A stretch of DNA of 64,000 nt from Patiriisocius marinus (lineage in GTDB: Bacteria > Bacteroidota > Bacteroidia > Flavobacteriales > Flavobacteriaceae), in the NCBI RefSeq assembly GCF_008974325.1, contig NZ_BKCG01000007.1:1-64000 (forward strand). Direction: 5' to 3'. Positions 58,175 to 64,000 of the stretch are shown here, piece by piece; position 1 is the stretch's first letter, and each line of letters begins with the position of its first letter. The notes under the pieces are model-generated. The model was not told where the DNA came from, searched no databases, and worked only from the letters and a program-made list of their open reading frames with translations. The position numbers were made by a program, and so were the translations under genes.

Positions 58175-58528
58175 TTGCTTATGAAATCCCCAAAATTCTT
58201 ATTAATTATTTGTGCTATTTTATTTAGTTCGGTAATAGTAGCGCAACAACAAACGTCTACAATCGATGTAAATAAAGATGTTGATTTATTGGTAGTTTAT
58301 GAAGCCTATGTTGCAGACGGATACGGTACTCCAGAAATTTATAAGAAATTAGCTAATGGAAATTATTTTAGAGATAATTATAAAGCTGCTGCAAAATGGT
58401 ATGAAAAGCTATTTGAAACCGAGACTCCTATAAAAAAGATACATGCTTTTCGATATAAGCAATCGCTTAAAGTGTTGAAAAGAGATATAGCTTCAAATCC
58501 ACACTTAGCTAAAACTAGTAAAATTTAA
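58175..58528 (+). CDS. Hypothetical secreted protein
   Basis: Signal peptide only. Confidence 0.3.
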   Translation: MLMKSPKFLLIICAILFSSVIVAQQQTSTIDVNKDVDLLVVYEAYVADGYGTPEIYKKLANGNYFRDNYKAAAKWYEKLFETETPIKKIHAFRYKQSLKVLKRDIASNPHLAKTSKI

Positions 58529-59088
58529 ACTTTGCTATGTCTATGGCAATATGTGGCGTGATCATTTACCATTCCTGTAGCTTGCATAAAAGCATACATT
58601 ACGGTGGTTCCAACAAATTTGAATCCGCGTTTTTTTAAATCTTTACTTATAGCGTCACTTAAAGCAGTATTGGCTGGAACTTCACTCATCGATTTAAAAG
58701 TATTGGTAATTGGTTTTCCATCTACAAAACTCCAAATGTATTTACTGAAACTCCCATATTCATCTTGAATATTCATAAAGAGTTTCGCATTTATTACAGC
58801 CGAATTTACTTTCAATTTATTTCTAATAATTCCAGCATCTTGAAGTAATGCGTCAATTTTTACTTGATCATAATGTGCTATTTTTTGATAATCGAAATCA
58901 TCAAATGCAGCTCTAAAGTTTTCGCGCTTTCGTAATATTGTAATCCAACTCAATCCTGCTTGAAAAGTTTCTAATAGTAGAAATTCAAACAATGTGCGGT
59001 CTTCATAAACTGGAGTTCCCCATTCTTCGTCGTGATATGCCATGTATAATGGGTCATTTCCACACCATTCGCATCTTCTTTTTTCCAT
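58525..59088 (-). CDS. tag: DNA-3-methyladenine glycosylase I
   Basis: CxWC(x)n motif; YHDEEWGTP...FEFLLLETFQAGLSW. Confidence 0.85.
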   Translation of the reverse strand: MEKRRCEWCGNDPLYMAYHDEEWGTPVYEDRTLFEFLLLETFQAGLSWITILRKRENFRAAFDDFDYQKIAHYDQVKIDALLQDAGIIRNKLKVNSAVINAKLFMNIQDEYGSFSKYIWSFVDGKPITNTFKSMSEVPANTALSDAISKDLKKRGFKFVGTTVMYAFMQATGMVNDHATYCHRHSKV

Positions 59089-59192
59089 GAGTTTAAGTCA
59101 ATATGTATTAAAATAAGGTTAAGTTTTATGAAATATTAAACCTTAAAAAATAAAGGTAGTAAGTTTAGCAATAAATTTACGTCATATCGCAT

Positions 59193-59813
59193 ATGAAAGC
59201 AGAAACTATTACTACAGAGTCAACAGCGTTGATTGAAAAGACATTAAACGCTTCCACTACCTATCAAGAATATAGGGATCTAGTGCACGATTTAGCTCAA
59301 AAAGATTTAAGTACTGGGCCAATTCAAACTGAAGCACTTGCAAATTATACAGGACTAAATAATGCGAGAATGCGTCGTTTAGATAAAACAATTAAAATTT
59401 CAGAAGAAACACAAACTCTTTTTACAAACTATTCAAAGAGCGTAACGTGGTTAGTACTAACTGAAAGTTGGTGTGGTGATGCTGCGCAATCAATGCCAGT
59501 AATAAACAAGTTAGCTAACATTGCACCTCATGTTGAAATGAAAGTGGCACTACGGGATGAAAATGTTGAACTAATGCAACATTTTTTGACAAATGGTGGA
59601 ATGTCAATCCCTAAATTAATAGCAATAGACAATGCGTCTAAAGTTGTTTTAGGGGAATGGGGTCCAAGGCCTACTGTTGCTACAAAAATGGTAGCAGATT
59701 ATAAAGAAGCTCACGGTGGTTTAACACCAGAATTTAAGCAAGATTTACAGGTGTGGTACACTAGAGATAAAGGGCAGTCAATTATTGATGATCTTGAGAA
59801 AATACTTTTATAA
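59193..59813 (+). CDS. Thioredoxin-fold family protein
   Basis: WCGDAAQSMP redox-like motif; family context only. Confidence 0.4.
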   Translation: MKAETITTESTALIEKTLNASTTYQEYRDLVHDLAQKDLSTGPIQTEALANYTGLNNARMRRLDKTIKISEETQTLFTNYSKSVTWLVLTESWCGDAAQSMPVINKLANIAPHVEMKVALRDENVELMQHFLTNGGMSIPKLIAIDNASKVVLGEWGPRPTVATKMVADYKEAHGGLTPEFKQDLQVWYTRDKGQSIIDDLEKILL

Positions 59814-60521
59814 TTATTCCTGACCAGGAAAATTATAGGTAATACTCCCTAATTGAATATTGGTAGTGCTTTTTGAAAACCGTGCTTCTTCAGCATAATT
59901 TATGGCGCTTTCAACTAGGCAGCCGTTAGTTGTTGAAGAGGCATTTTTATTATAATCTGTTTTAATTACAGCTCCGTTGGAATCTACTTCAATATTGATA
60001 ACAACTTTTCCTACGCTTTCGCAGGTGTAAACAGGGTTTTTTAATAAAATAGCCGTTCTAGATTTTAAACTAAATGTGATGGTTGTTTTTCTACTGTAAC
60101 CATTCGTTTTATTGTATTTCTTCTTTTTGCTTAGTGAACTAATATTTTCTTGATTTTTAGAAAGGCGATTTTTTGCTGCTTCAATAGCACTTTTAGTTTC
60201 ACTACTAAGTGTGGTTCGGTTAGTTTCAATACTAGTATGTTTTTCTTGATTTAGAGGGTTTTCTAAACGTTCTTGTTCACTTTCTCTAATAAATTTCTCT
60301 GCTTCATTATAGGCTCTGTTTGTTTCAATAACCGAGTTGTTTAAAGCAGTTAATTTAGATTCTTCTTCTAATTCTGGATCAATTTCTAGAAATTCAATTG
60401 GAGCAGTTGTTGGTTCTTCAGGAATTTCTGCGGAAATATTAATACTCCATAAGCTTAGGTATAACATACCAAACAAAAGGCTTGTAATTAAAAATGCGCG
60501 ATATGAATAATTGAAGTTCAT
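59814..60521 (-). CDS. TonB C-terminal-domain protein (energy transducer TonB family)
   Basis: N-terminal TM helix; C-terminal GKVVINIEVDSNGAVIKTDYNKNASSTTNGCLVESAINYAEEARFSK fits the TonB_C pattern. Confidence 0.45.
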   Translation of the reverse strand: MNFNYSYRAFLITSLLFGMLYLSLWSINISAEIPEEPTTAPIEFLEIDPELEEESKLTALNNSVIETNRAYNEAEKFIRESEQERLENPLNQEKHTSIETNRTTLSSETKSAIEAAKNRLSKNQENISSLSKKKKYNKTNGYSRKTTITFSLKSRTAILLKNPVYTCESVGKVVINIEVDSNGAVIKTDYNKNASSTTNGCLVESAINYAEEARFSKSTTNIQLGSITYNFPGQE

Positions 60522-60582
60522 GTAACTATTAAACGCAATTTTTATGCAAAAGTGAAGTTGCTAGCGTTAAAGTTAAACTAAT

Positions 60583-61299
60583 TTATTTCTCTTCGGTGTT
60601 TGTTATTTCGGCTATAAATTGATCAACAGAAATTGCATTATCCACAGAGAAATCGCCAATTTTAGTTCTACGTAGGGCAGAAAGATGACCACCATTATTA
60701 AGTGCTTTTCCAAAATCGTGTGCTAACGATCTAATGTATGTGCCTTTACTACAAGCAACTCTAAAATGAATATTAGGCATTTCAATTCCTGTAATTTCAA
60801 ACTCCGAAATGCTTATTTGGCGTTTAGGTATTTCAACCTCTTCACCTGCTCTAGCATATTCATAAAGCCTTTTGCCTTCTTTTTTTAATGCAGAAAACAC
60901 AGGTGGTTGCTGCATAATATCACCAATAAACTGAGAAGTTGCTTCGTGTATCTGTGTTTCAGTAATATTACTAAAATCGAAAGTGTTATCAACTTCGGTT
61001 TCAAGGTCATAACTTGGTGTTGTTTCACCTAATGTAATTGTGCCTGTATACTCTTTATGTTGCGCTTGATAGGTTTCAATCTGCTTTGTAAACTTTCCTG
61101 TACAGATTATTAAAAGACCGCTAGCAAGTGGATCTAAGGTTCCTGCGTGACCTACTTTAATTTTTTTAATATCTCGTTCCTTTCTAATAAGCCAACGTAA
61201 TTTATTGACTACTTGGAATGAAGTCCATTCTAGTGGTTTGTCAATAAGGAGTACTTGTCCTGTTTGGAACTCTTCTTTAGTAGTATTCTTGATATTCAT
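60583..61299 (-). CDS. truB: tRNA pseudouridine(55) synthase
   Basis: GHAGTLDPLASGLL catalytic Asp motif. Confidence 0.9.
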   Translation of the reverse strand: MNIKNTTKEEFQTGQVLLIDKPLEWTSFQVVNKLRWLIRKERDIKKIKVGHAGTLDPLASGLLIICTGKFTKQIETYQAQHKEYTGTITLGETTPSYDLETEVDNTFDFSNITETQIHEATSQFIGDIMQQPPVFSALKKEGKRLYEYARAGEEVEIPKRQISISEFEITGIEMPNIHFRVACSKGTYIRSLAHDFGKALNNGGHLSALRRTKIGDFSVDNAISVDQFIAEITNTEEK

Positions 61300-61302
61300 T
61301 AA

Positions 61303-62097
61303 TTAAGCATAAAGTCCTACTCCTATAGCAATAACACCTACAATTGCACAGTAAATTGCAAAGTAGCGTAGTTTACTTTTTTTAACGAGTGTAATCATCC
61401 AGGTACAAGCAACTAGACCGCAAATAAATGCAGCGATAAATCCAAGTCCAAGAGTTGTGAAGTTTGTAGTTTCGGTAGTTAATTCACCTCCTAAAAGGTC
61501 TTTTGCTATTTTTCCAAAAATTAGGGGAACTACCATTAAAAATGAAAATCGAGCAGCTTTACTTTTATCATTTCCTAACAATACCGAAGTAGAAATAGTA
61601 GCACCACTTCGTGAGATTCCTGGCAACATAGCCACTGCTTGAGATACACCTATGATGACCGCATCTTTAAAAGTTACAGGTTTTCCAGTATTTTTAGCTC
61701 TATCTGCAAACCATAATAATACTGCTGTTACAAGTAACATAGCTCCAACGAAAGCAACGTTTCCGCCAAAAAATGCTTCTAATTGTTCTTCAAAAAATAA
61801 GCCGACTACTACTGCAGGAATCATGGAAGCAATAATTTTCACTACAAATTGAGTTTCCTCATTCCAAGTAAATTTAAATAGTGCTGTTACAATTTCAATA
61901 ATATCTTTTCTGAAGACTACTATAGTACTCAATGCTGTTGCGAAGTGTAAAACTACAGTAAAAAGTAAACTCTCTTCTGCAACTGAAGTGTCACCTAAAA
62001 TTGCTTTTCCCAGCTCTAGATGACCACTAGATGAAACAGGTAAAAACTCAGTAAATCCTTGAATTACTCCAAGAATGATTGCGTCAATTACATCCAT
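61303..62097 (-). CDS. uppP: Undecaprenyl-diphosphate phosphatase
   Basis: FLPVSSSGHL and GISRSG motifs. Confidence 0.9.
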   Translation of the reverse strand: MDVIDAIILGVIQGFTEFLPVSSSGHLELGKAILGDTSVAEESLLFTVVLHFATALSTIVVFRKDIIEIVTALFKFTWNEETQFVVKIIASMIPAVVVGLFFEEQLEAFFGGNVAFVGAMLLVTAVLLWFADRAKNTGKPVTFKDAVIIGVSQAVAMLPGISRSGATISTSVLLGNDKSKAARFSFLMVVPLIFGKIAKDLLGGELTTETTNFTTLGLGFIAAFICGLVACTWMITLVKKSKLRYFAIYCAIVGVIAIGVGLYA

Positions 62098-62100
62098 TAA

Positions 62101-62358
62101 TTAATCGTTTTTTCTAGTGTCAAGTAAAATGGCGTAAACTTCAATTCCGAACCCAATTAATATTAATGCGGGAGCAAGTCTAATACGTCTCCAACTATAA
62201 ATTTCTGGATTAAAAACATTTGGGTCGTCACTTCCACCACCAGCCATTAGGATAAATCCTAAAGCAATTACTGCAGCACCTATAAGCATAAACATATAGT
62301 TTTTACGCTCAAATATAAAGTGTACTTTTTCGTCTTCTTTTCGTTTTTTCTCTCCCAT
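62101..62358 (-). CDS. Small two-TM membrane protein (DUF3098-like), conserved between uppP and ftsX in Bacteroidetes
   Basis: 85 aa with two hydrophobic helices; the neighbourhood is known from memory. Confidence 0.4.
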   Translation of the reverse strand: MGEKKRKEDEKVHFIFERKNYMFMLIGAAVIALGFILMAGGGSDDPNVFNPEIYSWRRIRLAPALILIGFGIEVYAILLDTRKND

Positions 62359-62392
62359 AATCTTATTTTATTTAAGAGTGATTTTGTGTTTT

Positions 62393-62752
62393 TTAAAATT
62401 CACTATAGCCATTTTGTGCTGTAAATTCTGTAAAAATTATTTCGTTTTCAATCCCTAATTGCGAGATGTGTTCACTAGTGCCAAACCAAAAATTATTGAG
62501 GTGCAAGGTAGCTTTTTTGTTCAATAACTTTTCTTTCAAAACCGAAATATCTACACCTCGCTCTAACCCTCTATCGATATAATAGAGATCTGTGTTCCCA
62601 TCATAAATTACAATGTCAAATTCGGTACCTTTTCTAATTTTTGTTACTGTGATTTCTTTAATAATGCAATCTTCCGGTGTTACATTGTTACTAATGCAAC
62701 CTTGCAATAGAAGTACTGTTAATACTAGTAAAAATCTAGTAATAAAGATCAT
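62393..62752 (-). CDS. Hypothetical lipoprotein
   Basis: Signal ending LLQGC. Confidence 0.3.
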   Translation of the reverse strand: MIFITRFLLVLTVLLLQGCISNNVTPEDCIIKEITVTKIRKGTEFDIVIYDGNTDLYYIDRGLERGVDISVLKEKLLNKKATLHLNNFWFGTSEHISQLGIENEIIFTEFTAQNGYSEF

Positions 62753-63614
62753 CCGTTCTTAAATTTAAAAAACGTTGTGTTGCGATAAAAGTACTAATCC
62801 ACGTGATGAATAATCCCATTAAAAATACAAAGCCAAATACCGCTCCTACCATTACTTTGTCTTCTATTAATTTTAATTCTGGAAAACTTTTATTGATGTA
62901 AAAAAGTACAGCAGCCATTCCAAGCATTGCTACTATAGCTCCAAAAAAGCCAAGTTTAATACTCTTCCAGATAAAAGGACGTCTAATAAATTGCTTTGTA
63001 GCCCCTACCATCTGCATTGTTTTAATTGTAAATCGTTTTGCGTAGACTGACAATCTAATAGAGCTGTTAATTAACAATACAGCAATTAATAAAAATAGTC
63101 CTGCAATTACTAAAACCCAAAAGGTGATTTTACGCACATTATCTGTTAACTTTTGAATTAAAGGTTTGTCATAAACCACATCATCTACAAAATCTTTACT
63201 TTTTAATTCGCTTACAATTTCTTCTACTTTTTCCGGAGTAACGTAATCTGCTCGCATACGTACATCAATACTGTTTTGTAATGGATTGTCACCCAAATAC
63301 TCCATAAAATCTTCGCCTATTGTTGCAGCGTGTTCTTCTGCAGCTTCTTCTTTAGAAACAAAAACAGCATCCTTAGTGTAGTCAGCAAGTGCTAAACTTT
63401 GCTTTAATTGTGTAATTTCTACCTCTTTTGCCGTGTCTTTTAAAAATACCACAACAGGAATTTGTTCTTTAAAATAATCACCTAATTTTTTACTATTTAG
63501 GACTAACATTCCAAGTAATCCCAATAAAAACAACACAAGTGAGATACTTAATACGACAGAGAAGTATGAAGAAATCAATCGTCGTTTCTGAAATTTTTCA
63601 AAAGATGCTCCCAT
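62736..63614 (-). CDS. ftsX: Cell-division ABC-transporter permease FtsX
   Basis: One N-terminal TM helix, a periplasmic domain, three C-terminal TM helices; 292 aa. Confidence 0.75.
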   Translation of the reverse strand: MGASFEKFQKRRLISSYFSVVLSISLVLFLLGLLGMLVLNSKKLGDYFKEQIPVVVFLKDTAKEVEITQLKQSLALADYTKDAVFVSKEEAAEEHAATIGEDFMEYLGDNPLQNSIDVRMRADYVTPEKVEEIVSELKSKDFVDDVVYDKPLIQKLTDNVRKITFWVLVIAGLFLLIAVLLINSSIRLSVYAKRFTIKTMQMVGATKQFIRRPFIWKSIKLGFFGAIVAMLGMAAVLFYINKSFPELKLIEDKVMVGAVFGFVFLMGLFITWISTFIATQRFLNLRTDDLYY

Positions 63615-63913
63615 AGTGTGGTTCGTGGACTATTAAATTAAGTGTGTGTAAAAATACGAAAAACGAGCACAACATATTAGTGAATTTCAAATGGCTGTGA
63701 ACATTAAAAATTAACGAAAATTTATAGGGTATGTTGTTGTATTAATATCAGTGTTTTTACTTCGGAAATTTCAAGTATTTGAAGCTTGTTAAATGTTAAC
63801 TTCATTGAAAATATATATAGCTGAAAAATTATTATGACCAAACATCAAAATAATAGACAAATTTTCCCCCTTTAAAATTTCCGTCAGTACTTCTCATTTC
63901 CTAATTATAACCT

Positions 63914-63921
63914 TAAATTTG
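63914..63921 (+). promoter_or_regulatory. -7 box TAAATTTG, candidate leuS promoter
   Basis: CTTAAATTTGCCGC lies 22 nt upstream of the leuS ATG. Confidence 0.3.
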
Positions 63922-63942
63922 CCGCTTAAAATCTAGGAAACA

Positions 63943-64000
63943 ATGAGTAAGTATTATTTTAATGAAATTGAGGCAAAGTGGCAAAAATATTGGGATTCAC
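63943..64000 (+). CDS. leuS: Leucyl-tRNA synthetase, first 19 codons only (the gene continues beyond the window)
   Basis: MSKYYFNEIEAKWQKYWDS matches the conserved LeuS N-terminus (..EIE.KWQ.YW). Confidence 0.5.
   Translation, partial: MSKYYFNEIEAKWQKYWDS

Overview
AT-rich (~33% GC) chromosomal segment with the hallmarks of a gliding Flavobacteriia-type Bacteroidetes genome: ssb-gldE-gldD, three proteins ending in type-A T9SS C-terminal sorting domains, and Bacteroidetes-style TAnnTTTG -7 promoter boxes. Gene content is almost entirely housekeeping. Recognisable genes include radA, panD/panC, glmS, atpD/atpC, a biotin locus (bioF, a DUF2007-like gene, bioD, bioA, a divergent KAS-like gene, bioB), a YqiJ-like/flotillin pair, recX, rng, hupB plus an unlisted 29-aa basic protein gene, mutY, rplU (with a C-terminal extension) and rpmA, ahcY, a PPTase, a PcrB-like gene, pnuC, a NadR-type kinase, a DUF4301-like gene, arfB, a TPP riboswitch upstream of a TonB-dependent receptor, greA, aat, tag, truB, uppP, ftsX and the start of leuS. 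I found no rRNA, tRNA, CRISPR array, transposase or integrase. Observations worth a second look: (1) a vitamin-salvage operon (YkoF-like, PnuC, P-loop kinase, DUF4301-like) adjacent to a THI-box-controlled TonB-dependent receptor; (2) a KAS I/II-like gene and an embedded Zn-ribbon gene inside the biotin locus, which has no bioC/bioH/bioG/bioW in this window; (3) a DUF3127-like protein carrying the exact SSB C-terminal tip DNDDLPF; (4) three disrupted genes (an XRE HTH frameshift, a homopolymer frameshift in a small membrane-protein paralog, and an in-frame TAA in a T9SS FG-GAP protein); (5) a recurring intergenic motif ATGATTAAAATTTCCGAAG in at least 8 copies; (6) giant repeat-built secreted proteins. 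No canonical defence island was recognised. The most system-like candidates of unknown function are the vitamin locus, the XRE/DUF2975 module with its adjacent tandem small membrane-protein paralogs, and the extra genes in the biotin locus.
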